Virus record (IMG/VR): IMGVR_UViG_3300047510_002172
Span: 4,915-68,914 of that record
Strand: one strand, 5' to 3'
Source: a virus
DNA: 64,000 nucleotides
Each line of letters starts with the position of its first letter. Positions within the stretch are counted from its first letter, which is position 1. A program made the translations under genes and the position numbers. The notes below the pieces were generated by a model, which worked only from the letters and a program-made list of their open reading frames with translations, was not told the DNA's origin and ran no database searches. Positions 31,801 to 41,637 of this stretch are shown here, piece by piece.

Positions 31801-34800
31801 CAGCTACTTGTGCCGATCTGCACGGGAGAAAAATAACATGATATTAATCCAACCTGTACTGGAGAAGAGTTATACCCTGTGTCAATATTATTTCCAAAAA
31901 CTGATCTAGCTATACCTAATTGTATGTAGTTTAAATCTCCTAATGTAGCCCCACCGGCTTCTCTACCCCATGTAAATAACCCGCCATCTGTACGTATTGC
32001 CGTCCCGGTTATTTCATTACTGTTATCTCTGTAAGACGTGCCAAGTTGAGACCAGCTACTACTACCAATTTGTACCGGAGAAGATTTAGACACTGTAGTA
32101 TTATCACCAATATTATAATTTGCACCGGAGCCCCATGCAAATAATGCACCGTCAGAACGTATCCCGTAGCTAGTATTACCGGACCGTACTTGAGTCCAGC
32201 TACTAGTACCGATTTGTACTGGAGAAGATTTATCTACAGTAGTACCATCTCCTAATTGACCTAAACTATTAGACCCCCATGCAAATAAAGCCCCGTCGGA
32301 CCGAATAGCATGTCTTGTTGAAATAAATGTCCAGCTGCTAGTACCGATTTGTACTGGAGAGGACTTGTTAATAGTAGTACTATCTCCAAGCCATCCAAGC
32401 TGATTATACCCCCAAGCAAATAAGCTGCCGCCATTTCTTATTGCAAAAACAGTAGTATTACCGCCTCGTATTTGAGTCCAACTACTTGTACCTACTTGTA
32501 CCGGAGATGAACGAGCAGTAGTTGCATTACTACCTAATGCTCCGTTAGTTCCGGATCCCCAAGTAAATAAACCGCCATCAGTACGTATTGCAACTGTTGT
32601 ACCAGCCGGTCCATCGACCTGGGTCCAGCTGCTGGTGCCGATCTGTACTGGAGATGATCTGTTTATAACAGTATTATCTCCAAGAGCACCTGATCCATTG
32701 TTTCCCCAAGTAAATAATGCTCCATCAGTACGTATAGCGAAAGACTGATATTCTCCGGCGCCTACTTTTGTCCAACTACTTGTACCGATTTGTAGCGGAG
32801 AGTAATACTTACTAGAAATTCTATTGTCCCCCAAAACTCCGAAGCCGTTTATATCATATCCCCAAGTAAAAAGTAACCCATCAGAACGGACACCTACAGC
32901 ATGGCTAAAGCCAAACGCTACCTGAGCCCAGGATTTAGTATAATCTTTACGGTCATTCCAACTTTCATTAGTACCAAGTTGTCCAGAATTAAACATACCC
33001 CAACCAAACAATGCACCGTCTGAACGTATCGCTAAAGTACTGTATAAGTTAGTACTGACTTGAGTCCAGCTACTTGTGCCAATTTGTACCGGGGAAGAAC
33101 GGGTTAATTCAACATTATTCCCTGTAGCATATAATCCGGCTGATGTATATAGACCGTCAGGGGAGCCCCAGGCAAATAAGGCACCGTCTTCCCTTATAGC
33201 ATATGTTGCATAATACGCATTTACATTTTGCCACTTACTTGTTCCTATATAAACAGGTGAAGATCTACTAATAGTAGTATTATCTCCAAGTAAACCGGTG
33301 GAGTTGCTGCCCCATGCTACTAATGCATTAGACCACTTTTCTATAACAAAAGTAGACAATCCGGCTTTTGTTATATTTTCAGCTTTTAATACACCAATTA
33401 TTACCGGAGAAGATCTACTTATTGTAGTATTATCCCCTACTTGCCCGGCAAAATTGTAGCCCCAACCAAAAACTTGATAATCAAAATCTCTAATAGCAGC
33501 TGCATCTCTAGCGCCGCCATATGTAACCATTACCCAGCTACTTGTTCCAATTTGTATAGGAGAAGACGTACTGGTCTGGGTATTATTACCTAACGGTCCG
33601 TTAATGCCGTTACCCCACGTGAATAGAGCTCCATCATTTCTTATAGCCCCTTGTGTGATATCTCGAGTATTACCTACCCATTTCCAACTACGGGCATGTA
33701 AGTCTCTTGGAGATAGTACGACTTCAGATGTATTAGAACTTCCGAGTTCTCCTGAAGAACCAGAACGCCAAGTATATAATTTATTATCAGTTGATACTCC
33801 TAAATTAGCTAGTCCTCCTGCATGTACCTGAGACCAGCTTATATTAGTAATCTGGGTAGGTGTTCTATAGACTTTATCTAAACCAATTTGTACCGGAGAA
33901 GATCTTGGGGCTGTGGTACCATCACCGACTGGAAACGCTGGACCTCCATCATAACCGTTATATCCCCAATGGTATATCTTAGAATTTCTTATACCATAAG
34001 TAGTAGTATTTCCGCCTGTAGTAATTAAAGTCCAGCTATCTGTTCCTATCTGTACAGGGGAAGCATAAAATGGGTAGTACCCTATTGCAGTGGGGGTATT
34101 AGGAAGATTACCAGGTTGAAATTGTATACCGGCGTTATATGGATAAGGGCCACCCGCAGAAACAAGCGGCACAGTGGCATTCCATAGGGTTTGACTAGCG
34201 CCAGGTCCCCATCCATAAAGAGTCTTATCAGAACGTATTGCAATAATACCTACTTGTTCTATGATAGAACTAAAACCAAATAACGGGTAATTATGTACAA
34301 ACGACCAACTACTACCAATGCCAATTTGTACAGGGGAACTAGTGTCGTATCTTGAAGCATTACCTACATTATAAATAATGCTACTTGATATTGAATTGCG
34401 GCCCCAACCAAATAAAGCACCATCTACCCGTATAGCAAAATTAGCTAAACTACCCATAGTGGATATAAACGTCCAGCTACTTGTACCAATTTGTACCGGA
34501 GAAGATTTAGATACTGTAGTGCCATCTCCTAACTGACCACTAGAGTTAGCTCCCCAGGTAAATAACCTGCCATCAGATCTTATAGCGGCGTTACCACTGA
34601 CAATTGTCCAGCTACTTGTACCGATTTGTACCGGAGAAGATTTAATTACTGTTGTGCCATCTCCTAATTGACCGTCCTGATTAACTCCCCAGGTAAATAA
34701 GGCACCGTCAGACCTTATAGCAGAAAAAGCAGGAAGAGAATTACCTGTTCTGTACCCTGCTACTTGTATCCAGCTACTTGTACCAACCTGTACCGGGGAA

Positions 34801-37800
34801 GACCGAGACACAGTAGCATTTGACCCTAAAGCGCCTGAACTACCAGAACCCCAAGTAAATAAAGCACCGTCAGATCTAATGGCCGCGTATGTATTATTAA
34901 AAGTAGATGAAGTAAGCGCAACCTGTATCCAGCTACTTGTACCGATTTGTACCGGAGAAGATTTATTTACAGTAGTACTATCTCCTAGCTGACCGGAACT
35001 ATTAGACCCCCAAGTAAATAAGGCGCCGTCAGATCTTATAGCGGCACTATTATTTGGGCACGCGTCTAACTGAGTCCAGCTACTCGTACCTATTTGTATA
35101 GGGTATAATATACCGCTAAAATTCGCAAATTCAGGTATACCGCCACTCCCGGAGGAGCTGTTCCCTAAAAAGAATAGACCACCGTCATTTCTCAGGGCTA
35201 AAATCTGTCCAGTGCCAAAGCCATTGCTGCCGCCGCCCTTAATTTGCGTCCAAGATTGTCTATAGTCATTATAACTAATATTGTTAATACCTAAACCTCC
35301 AGGGTCAATATTACTAGTTTGATTAAGTCCCCAGCCAAACAAGGCACCATCAGATCGTATTGCAAAACTATTTCTACCAGCTCGTACCTGAGACCAACTA
35401 CTTGTACCTACCTGTACTGGGGAAGAACGAGGCTGAAAAGTACCATCCCCGAGAATGCCTGAAAATGCAATATTAGGCCCCCAGGTAAACAACCTTCCAT
35501 CTGAGCGGATTGCAGCGGTATAGCTGAGCATTGAAACTTGCGTCCAGCTACTTGTGCCTATTTGTACTGGGGATGATCTGTTTATAATAGTATTATCTCC
35601 AATACTACCAAAATTGTTATACCCCCAGGTAAATAACCCGCCATCAGATCTTATAGCCCCGGTTATACTAGTACCAATAGCTACTTGAGTCCAACTACTT
35701 GTACCTATTTGTACGGGTGAGGACTTATTTATAGTGGTATTGTCTCCTAACTGTCCAACATTATTATATCCCCATGTAAATAGACTACCACCAATTCTTA
35801 TAGCTATACTACTATCAAAACGAGAGCTAATTTGAGTCCAACTACTTGTACCTACCTGTACTGGTGAAGACCGTGACACAGTAGTACCTGCCCCTAGCTG
35901 ACCAAAATTATTTAATCCCCAAGTAAATAAAGCACCATCACTACGCATTGCGAGTGTATACCTATCACTCGCTACTACTTGAGACCAATTACTAGTACCG
36001 ATCTGCACCGGAGAGGATTTAGTAACGGTCGTACTATCACCTAACTGACCGTTAGCATTAATTCCCCAAGTATATAATTTACTATTCGAGTCTATTGCAG
36101 CAACGTGATTTGTTCCAGCACTTATCTGAGTCCAAGAAATATTATCTCCTGCAAAGAAGGTACCGTTACCCGGGCCTGTGTCTCCGTATGCGCCCCAAGT
36201 AAACAAGGATCCGTCTGAACGAATCGCATAGCTTCTTCCTGCAGGAGTGTTTACTGCAATACCAAGACCATATGTAACTTGTGTAAAACTAGTTGAACCG
36301 CCGATTAATACAGGAGACGATCTATTAATTGTCGTTCCGTCTCCAATTTGATAAAGATCATTTCTACCCCATGCAAATAAAGCGCCATCTTTACGAATTG
36401 CTATAGGTGTGTACGCGTAACCATAAATTTGACCCGGTGCCGCGATGGCCATCCCTGCAGCAAGTTGAATCCAGCTACTTGTACCAATCTGTACCGGGGA
36501 AGATTTTTTGACTGTAGTGTTATCGCCAAGCGCGCCAAAATCATTAAGACCCCAAGCAAACAAGGCTCCGTCTGAACGTATTGCGTATGTAGAAGCTCCT
36601 TGAGCGCATACAACTTGAGTCCAGCTACTTGTACCGACCTGTACCGGGGAATAGGTATTAATTGTACTGTTTATACCTAATTGCCCATCAAGATTAGGCC
36701 CGAAAATAAATAATGCACCATCAGTTCTTATGTCTGCACCATGCCAAGTATTTGAATATGTACCAACGGTAGACCAAGATTGGGCAGCATTAGTAATATT
36801 AATACTATTTTGTCCAAGCTCACCATAAAGATTGGATCCCCAAGCAAATAGCCCTCCATCCGACCGTATTGCTATAGTATGTGCAGTACCCTGTCCGACC
36901 TGAGTCCAGCTACTTGTACCCACTTGTACCGGAGAAGACCTATTTACATATGGATACACACTTTCTCCAAGTACTCCGTAATCTCCTTTACCCCAAGTAA
37001 ATAGTCTACCATCAGAACGTATTGCTGCAGCATTATTGTTACCAGCTGCAACGGCTGTCCAGCTACTTGAACCAAGTTGTACTGGAGAGGATCTATTTAA
37101 AGTACTATTATCTCCTGCAGCACCATATACATTATAACCCCAAGCAAACAGAGCACCGTCTGAACGTATAGCAACACTATGATCTGCGCCAGCTCCTACT
37201 TTGCTCCAGCTACTAGTACCAATTTGCACTGGAGAGGATTTACTTAGAATAGTATTATCTCCAAGACCGCCACCATTATCATTACGACCCCAAGCAAATA
37301 AAGCACCATCTACGCGTATTGCTAAAGCATGGAACTGACCAGCTGCGACCTGAGACCAGCTACTTGTACCAAGTTGTACCGGGGATGAACGAAAACCTAG
37401 TGCACCTATACCTAATTCCCCATAATTATTACCGGCACCCCAAGCTAATAATGCACCATCTGACCGTATACCAAAAGTACGGAACTGGGTAGCACTTGCA
37501 AAACCGTTCGCAACTTGGGTCCAAGATAAAGTACCATCGAGATTAACTGCGTTATTACCTATCTGTCCAAAAGAGTTATCTCCCCAACCGAATAAAGCAC
37601 CATCAGATCTAATTGCATGAGTTGTAACACTATTAGTACCAATTTGAATCCAGCTACTCGTACCTACCTGTACCGGGGAAGAATAATTAACAGAAAAAGA
37701 ATTTATATTTAATCCTAATTGGGCATTAGAGTTGCTACCCCAAGCGAATAAGGCACCATCTATACGTAATGCCATAGTATGAGAATAACCTGCTTCAACT

Positions 37801-40800
37801 TGAGACCAACTACTTGTACTAATTAGTACCGGAGATGATCTGTTAATAGAGGTATTATCTCCAAGCTGGCCGCTAGTATTTTGACCCCACGCATAAAGTT
37901 GGCCAATACTATTAATAGCTACAGTATGGTTACCACCGTTATGAACTTGACTCCAGCTACTTGTACCGATTTGTACCGGTCTACTCTTGTTTATAGTAGT
38001 TCCATCTCCTATTGTTCCTGTACTATTACCGCCCCATGCGTATAATTTACCATTACGAGATACTATAGCGGTACTATTAAAACCTGCACCTACAGAAACC
38101 GGGCTAACAAAATCTGTTACACCCGTAGCAAAGTTTTCGTTATTGCCCCATCCAAATAGGCTGCGATTAGTTGTAATACCTAGAGCAGCTCTATCTCCAG
38201 CATTGACAAGAATCCAGCTACTTGTACCAATCTGTACCGGGGAAGACCGGTTAATAGTGGTATTATCTCCTAATTGATAGGTATTATTAAGACCCCATGC
38301 AAATAATCCACCATCGGTACGTATAGCAGATGCATAATATTTACCAGCTGTTACAGCTGTCCAGCTACTTGTACCGATTTGAACCGGGCTAAGAGACACT
38401 GGTGGTCCAACTACTGCCCCTATTTGAGCGCCAATTTGTACCGGGGAACTTAGATTGACTGTAGTACTACTACCATTTCCTGCGTAAACAGAAATCCCCC
38501 AAAGAAATAAACTTCCACCAGAACGTATTGCAAAAACTCGATTGTTATTAGAGCTAATAAAACTCCAACTACTTGTACCAATTTGTACCGGAGAAGACCG
38601 GTTAATAGTGGTATTATCCCCTATACTAATCCCTGTTCCCCAACCAAACAAAGCACCATCAGTGCGTATCGCATGACTTGCTGTACTATTGAGCTGGTTG
38701 TACGGAAGTTGTGACCAGCTACTTGTACCTACTTGAACCGGGGAGGATCGAGATGTAGTTGCGCCTGAACCTAGCGTCCCGTTAGCTCCGTTTCCCCAAG
38801 TAAACAAAGCACCGTCAGAACGTATTGCCGCAACGCTATCAAAGTTGAATGTAACTTGAGACCAGCTACTTGTACCGACTTGTATCGGTGAAAAAAACGT
38901 TTTTGTTGCAGTGCCTATTTGCACTGGAGATGAAGCAGTAAAGACCTGCCCTGGGGCACCGGTATAATCCCATGGCGCAACAACTCGCCATGCCCAAATA
39001 GTATTATCTATTCTTAGCGCGCTAGGACTAGGATCTAATCTCACTTGAGTCCAGCTACTAGTACCTATTTGTACCGGAGAAGATTTCGATATAGTAGTCC
39101 CGTCCGCAAGTACTCCGGTAGTACCCGCACCCCAAGTAAACAATCTACCATCAGAACGTATTGCAGCTGTAGCTGAATAAAAAATACTTGATTGAACTTG
39201 AGACCAACTACTAGTACCTACTTGTACCGGGGAAGATCTGTTAAGGGTCGTACCGCTACCTAATGTGCCGTCGTTGTTACGGCCCCAGCTAAATAATCCA
39301 CCGTCATTTCTTATTGCAAACGTTCTCGTGGACCCGCAATTTATTTGAGACCAGCTACTTGTTCCGATTTGTACAGGAGAAGATTTATTTATAGTAGTAC
39401 TGTCTCCAATTTGACCGAAAGCATTACTCCCCCAAACAAATAAAGCTCCATCGGTTCGTATAGCTCCTACATGATTTTCTCCGCATGAAATTTGGGACCA
39501 ACTACTTGAACCGATTTGTATTAGATCATTCGCATATCTAGATATTGTTGTTCCGTCTCCAAGTACACCATTATCATTACGACCCCAAGCAAACAATGCC
39601 CCGTCGTTGCGTATTGCAAGTACTGGGTTAAATTGACCACTACTAATATAATCTACTTGAGCCCAACTACTATTATTTACCTGTAAAAGTACTCTTGAAC
39701 TTGCGCCAGGCCCACCAGTTGGCACCCCAAGTACCTCTCCGATAATTCCCCAAGCAAACAATGCCCCGTCTGTGCGTATTGCATAATATGTACTATTCTT
39801 GTTTACTCCTTTTGTCCAAGTATTTTCAACAAGAGCTGGCCAGTAGCCGCCCGAGCTTCCATCTCCAGCTAGCCCTAATACATAAAGTTTATTATTATTG
39901 TCTATATAACCATTTTGTCCACCGACTATTTGAGTCCAAGAAATACTGCCAAGAGGGTTAGCAGTAAAATTATTACCAAATAGCCCAGCTGGGGTAGAGT
40001 TTTGCCGGGCATCGGTTCCCCACATAAATAAAGCACCGTCGGTCCGTATACCAGCTACTAGCGTCCCGTCGGTATTAGGAGTAACTTGTATCCAACTACT
40101 TGTACCTACTTGAACAGGAGAAGATCTGTTAGACTCTCCGCCTGGAAAAATATTCTGTCCGAGCTGACCAGCATAATTCGCTCCCCAAGTAAATAGTGCG
40201 CCATCAGAGCGTATTGCATACGTATTAAAGCTATTAGCTCTAATTAAAATCCAACTATTAGTACCTATTTGTATCGGACTAGATTTATTTATAGTAGTAC
40301 CGTCTCCTAGTTGACCGAAAGTGTTAATTCCGCGTGTCCAGAGAGAATAGTCAGATTTAACAAACGTAACCCTACTAGTAGAAGAAGGATCAGTAGTTAT
40401 TTGTCGATAATTATTATTATCATACAAAGTTAAAATATTATTATATTCAATACCGGTATTTCTTGTTTGAACAGGGTCATTAACAAAACTATTATTAAGA
40501 ATATTATTTAAAGTACTAAACCCCCATAAAAATAACTTTTGATCGGAAGTTATTGCACCAATATAAGAAGTGGTTACATCAACGAAAGACCATGAAGACG
40601 TACTAAAGCCACTAAGACTGGTTACGGTACTATTATTACCTATCTGCCCGTAAAAATTATCCCCCCATGCAAACAAGCCGCCGTCTTTACGGATTGCATA
40701 CGAATTAGAATTACTAGCAGCGACTGCTACCCAGCTACTTGTACCAATTTGAACAGGAGATGAAACATATTTACGATACTCTGCATGCCCTGTACCCAGT

Positions 40801-41030
40801 TGACCGGTTTCGTTTCTTCCCCAAGCAAACAAAGCGCCGTCTGACCGTATTGCTACAACATGGCTTGTACCTTCTGCAACTGTTGACCAATAGCTAGTAC
40901 CGACTAAAACTGGAGAGCTTTTATATACAAGAGTACCGTCCCCTATTTGTCCGTACGTATTATCCCCGCCAAGGTACAGTTTAGATGCACCTTTGAGCGG
41001 AGAAGCCATTAGCCATCTTACTAGATTCAT
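28821..41030 (-). CDS. Giant RCC1/BLIP-II-like repeat protein (77 blades by manual count; 11 nested 7-bladed beta-propellers)
   Basis: 4069 aa of ~50-aa units 'W.QV..G..H..AIRSDGALF.WG.N..GQLGD.TT..KSSPVQIGTSS'. Confidence 0.9.
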   Translation of the reverse strand: MNLVRWLMASPLKGASKLYLGGDNTYGQIGDGTLVYKSSPVLVGTSYWSTVAEGTSHVVAIRSDGALFAWGRNETGQLGTGHAEYRKYVSSPVQIGTSSWVAVAASNSNSYAIRKDGGLFAWGDNFYGQIGNNSTVTSLSGFSTSSWSFVDVTTSYIGAITSDQKLFLWGFSTLNNILNNSFVNDPVQTRNTGIEYNNILTLYDNNNYRQITTDPSSTSRVTFVKSDYSLWTRGINTFGQLGDGTTINKSSPIQIGTNSWILIRANSFNTYAIRSDGALFTWGANYAGQLGQNIFPGGESNRSSPVQVGTSSWIQVTPNTDGTLVAGIRTDGALFMWGTDARQNSTPAGLFGNNFTANPLGSISWTQIVGGQNGYIDNNNKLYVLGLAGDGSSGGYWPALVENTWTKGVNKNSTYYAIRTDGALFAWGIIGEVLGVPTGGPGASSRVLLQVNNSSWAQVDYISSGQFNPVLAIRNDGALFAWGRNDNGVLGDGTTISRYANDLIQIGSSSWSQISCGENHVGAIRTDGALFVWGSNAFGQIGDSTTINKSSPVQIGTSSWSQINCGSTRTFAIRNDGGLFSWGRNNDGTLGSGTTLNRSSPVQVGTSSWSQVQSSIFYSATAAIRSDGRLFTWGAGTTGVLADGTTISKSSPVQIGTSSWTQVRLDPSPSALRIDNTIWAWRVVAPWDYTGAPGQVFTASSPVQIGTATKTFFSPIQVGTSSWSQVTFNFDSVAAIRSDGALFTWGNGANGTLGSGATTSRSSPVQVGTSSWSQLPYNQLNSTASHAIRTDGALFGWGTGISIGDNTTINRSSPVQIGTSSWSFISSNNNRVFAIRSGGSLFLWGISVYAGNGSSTTVNLSSPVQIGAQIGAVVGPPVSLSPVQIGTSSWTAVTAGKYYASAIRTDGGLFAWGLNNTYQLGDNTTINRSSPVQIGTSSWILVNAGDRAALGITTNRSLFGWGNNENFATGVTDFVSPVSVGAGFNSTAIVSRNGKLYAWGGNSTGTIGDGTTINKSRPVQIGTSSWSQVHNGGNHTVAINSIGQLYAWGQNTSGQLGDNTSINRSSPVLISTSSWSQVEAGYSHTMALRIDGALFAWGSNSNAQLGLNINSFSVNYSSPVQVGTSSWIQIGTNSVTTHAIRSDGALFGWGDNSFGQIGNNAVNLDGTLSWTQVANGFASATQFRTFGIRSDGALLAWGAGNNYGELGIGALGFRSSPVQLGTSSWSQVAAGQFHALAIRVDGALFAWGRNDNGGGLGDNTILSKSSPVQIGTSSWSKVGAGADHSVAIRSDGALFAWGYNVYGAAGDNSTLNRSSPVQLGSSSWTAVAAGNNNAAAIRSDGRLFTWGKGDYGVLGESVYPYVNRSSPVQVGTSSWTQVGQGTAHTIAIRSDGGLFAWGSNLYGELGQNSINITNAAQSWSTVGTYSNTWHGADIRTDGALFIFGPNLDGQLGINSTINTYSPVQVGTSSWTQVVCAQGASTYAIRSDGALFAWGLNDFGALGDNTTVKKSSPVQIGTSSWIQLAAGMAIAAPGQIYGYAYTPIAIRKDGALFAWGRNDLYQIGDGTTINRSSPVLIGGSTSFTQVTYGLGIAVNTPAGRSYAIRSDGSLFTWGAYGDTGPGNGTFFAGDNISWTQISAGTNHVAAIDSNSKLYTWGINANGQLGDSTTVTKSSPVQIGTSNWSQVVASDRYTLAMRSDGALFTWGLNNFGQLGAGTTVSRSSPVQVGTSSWTQISSRFDSSIAIRIGGSLFTWGYNNVGQLGDNTTINKSSPVQIGTSSWTQVAIGTSITGAIRSDGGLFTWGYNNFGSIGDNTIINRSSPVQIGTSSWTQVSMLSYTAAIRSDGRLFTWGPNIAFSGILGDGTFQPRSSPVQVGTSSWSQVRAGRNSFAIRSDGALFGWGLNQTSNIDPGGLGINNISYNDYRQSWTQIKGGGSNGFGTGQILALRNDGGLFFLGNSSSGSGGIPEFANFSGILYPIQIGTSSWTQLDACPNNSAAIRSDGALFTWGSNSSGQLGDSTTVNKSSPVQIGTSSWIQVALTSSTFNNTYAAIRSDGALFTWGSGSSGALGSNATVSRSSPVQVGTSSWIQVAGYRTGNSLPAFSAIRSDGALFTWGVNQDGQLGDGTTVIKSSPVQIGTSSWTIVSGNAAIRSDGRLFTWGANSSGQLGDGTTVSKSSPVQIGTSSWTFISTMGSLANFAIRVDGALFGWGRNSISSSIIYNVGNASRYDTSSPVQIGIGSSWSFVHNYPLFGFSSIIEQVGIIAIRSDKTLYGWGPGASQTLWNATVPLVSAGGPYPYNAGIQFQPGNLPNTPTAIGYYPFYASPVQIGTDSWTLITTGGNTTTYGIRNSKIYHWGYNGYDGGPAFPVGDGTTAPRSSPVQIGLDKVYRTPTQITNISWSQVHAGGLANLGVSTDNKLYTWRSGSSGELGSSNTSEVVLSPRDLHARSWKWVGNTRDITQGAIRNDGALFTWGNGINGPLGNNTQTSTSSPIQIGTSSWVMVTYGGARDAAAIRDFDYQVFGWGYNFAGQVGDNTTISRSSPVIIGVLKAENITKAGLSTFVIEKWSNALVAWGSNSTGLLGDNTTISRSSPVYIGTSKWQNVNAYYATYAIREDGALFAWGSPDGLYTSAGLYATGNNVELTRSSPVQIGTSSWTQVSTNLYSTLAIRSDGALFGWGMFNSGQLGTNESWNDRKDYTKSWAQVAFGFSHAVGVRSDGLLFTWGYDINGFGVLGDNRISSKYYSPLQIGTSSWTKVGAGEYQSFAIRTDGALFTWGNNGSGALGDNTVINRSSPVQIGTSSWTQVDGPAGTTVAIRTDGGLFTWGSGTNGALGSNATTARSSPVQVGTSSWTQIRGGNTTVFAIRNGGSLFAWGYNQLGWLGDSTTINKSSPVQIGTSSWTFISTRHAIRSDGALFAWGSNSLGQLGDGTTVDKSSPVQIGTSSWTQVRSGNTSYGIRSDGALFAWGSGANYNIGDNTTVSKSSPVQIGSSSWSQLGTSYRDNSNEITGTAIRTDGGLFTWGREAGGATLGDLNYIQLGIARSVFGNNIDTGYNSSPVQVGLISCYFSPVQIGTSSWSQVLAGPSAGAAIRIDGALFTWGSNYGPSGNETGGQLGQNSTVNTSSPIQVGTSSWTQVQGLNDYGGFASVQVYARRSDGTLWSWGAGNNVLGLTTTISRSSPVQIGNNGPWSTASKAASLGYNNAAAIRTDGALFTWGNGGRGALGDNTTVSRSSAVQIGTSSWTQVITGVNSTQILRSDNLIYWAGGNVVDGSTNSSNVGFLQPTFSLISRSSPVLLGSLSSTSSPVQIGTSSWTQIATGALFNHNRAIRSGGSLFAWGRNNSPAGVIGDSTTTDKSSPVQIGTSSWIQVSSAHEIRLNYVLFGQGENAQGATGDGTVVTKSSPVQLGSYAVVKSPTQIGTSSWSQVYAGATHTVALRSNGSLFTWGGNSGGQLGDNTTINKSSPIQIGSSSWYMLAAGSGNTYGITSANLLFGWGSNFLGVLGLAGDGTALARSSPVQLGANPWREIYGKGNTPFAIRNDGAMFAWGINELNSAGSIGDGTTTSRNSPVLTGSLITSPVLVDGNSWNFASAGYDNGLGVDINNRAYAWGYNRTNTYSWTQVQYTNTYGTGLAIRSDGALFAWGSGQNGILGDGTTVFKSSPVQIGTSSWSQVIATGDCGFAIRSDGALFGWGSGFQGNLGDNTTTNKSSPVQIGTSSWISLCSGGPSGTMHAIRLGGSLFGWGTNNLFSAVFYGAIGDNTTINRSSPVQIGTSSWIQVAGTYQQIGAIRSDGALFTWGSAPGGLGDGVVLRSSPVQIGTSSWTQLSVGAGSSSIGNYFVIRSDGALFGWGNNADGQLGDGTTINKIFPVQIGTSSWTQVLVNRNITSAIRSDGALFQWGGGFGSSGSVFLPFFGNGSTIPTSSPVQIGTSSWTQLYYSNFIAKRFDGKIFMIGPGPYPYSDQLFFTTANTQSNNMDLSFTYLKRLTELPNITSYPSPTQIGIGGTWKKVSAGASQNYLINNANVLYNWGTRLPVQNIVEYDYTPTAVTADIDDAGANKNQGGVVAYIKK

Positions 41031-41626
41031 ATTACCGGTGCTTCAGTAGTGGTAGTACTTGTAGTAGTACTAGTTGTGGTTGTTGGTTCGGGTTGTACGT
41101 ACACTGGCCAAATTATATTAAATGGGTCTTCTTGTAGAGTTATATCTGCTAGAGCAGACATATGAGCATCTAATGCTTTTAGTGTGTCTAGTTGAGGTAG
41201 AGATAATCTTTCGTGTCTATAATATCTATTATATCTCCATTCAAAATCTTTCATAAACTGATCTCTATTACTTCTTACTATAGACCATTGAAATTGTTTA
41301 TTTTCGTATTCTAGTACTTCTGGTGGTAAAGGTGCTGCCCCTCCACCACCTCCACCACCAGGGCTTGGTACAGGCGTAGGTAGATTTTCTATAACTGGCT
41401 CTTCATAGACTACCCCGTCAATTACGGTATAACTGTAATCAACTATTTTTTGTGTGGCCGGATTAAAATAATACGGATTTTTTACTACTGTTTTCCACCC
41501 TAAAGCATCTAACTCAGCCGGATAATTTAACAAATTAGGTAGATTACTAATATTTTTCCAATTAGTAGGTAAAATGTCGCATGTTTCTTTAACTGTATTA
41601 TCTTCTACGTAAGCAAAATTTGCCAT
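41027..41626 (-). CDS. Tail-fibre assembly chaperone-like protein
   Basis: 'WSIVRSNRDQFMKDFEW...ALADITLQEDPFNIIWP' is a tail assembly chaperone-like motif. Thr-rich C-terminus; ATGA overlap with the RCC1 gene. Confidence 0.7.
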   Translation of the reverse strand: MANFAYVEDNTVKETCDILPTNWKNISNLPNLLNYPAELDALGWKTVVKNPYYFNPATQKIVDYSYTVIDGVVYEEPVIENLPTPVPSPGGGGGGGAAPLPPEVLEYENKQFQWSIVRSNRDQFMKDFEWRYNRYYRHERLSLPQLDTLKALDAHMSALADITLQEDPFNIIWPVYVQPEPTTTTSTTTSTTTTEAPVI

Positions 41627-41637
41627 GGTACTATAGA

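Noticed and set aside
28900-41000. A ~30-bp motif (ccagctacttgtacc.atttgtaccggagaaga) recurring every ~150 bp, resembling a CRISPR array
   Set aside because: It encodes SSPVQIGTSSW in an open frame and varies at synonymous positions. The 'spacers' are too long and homologous to each other, and no cas genes are present.
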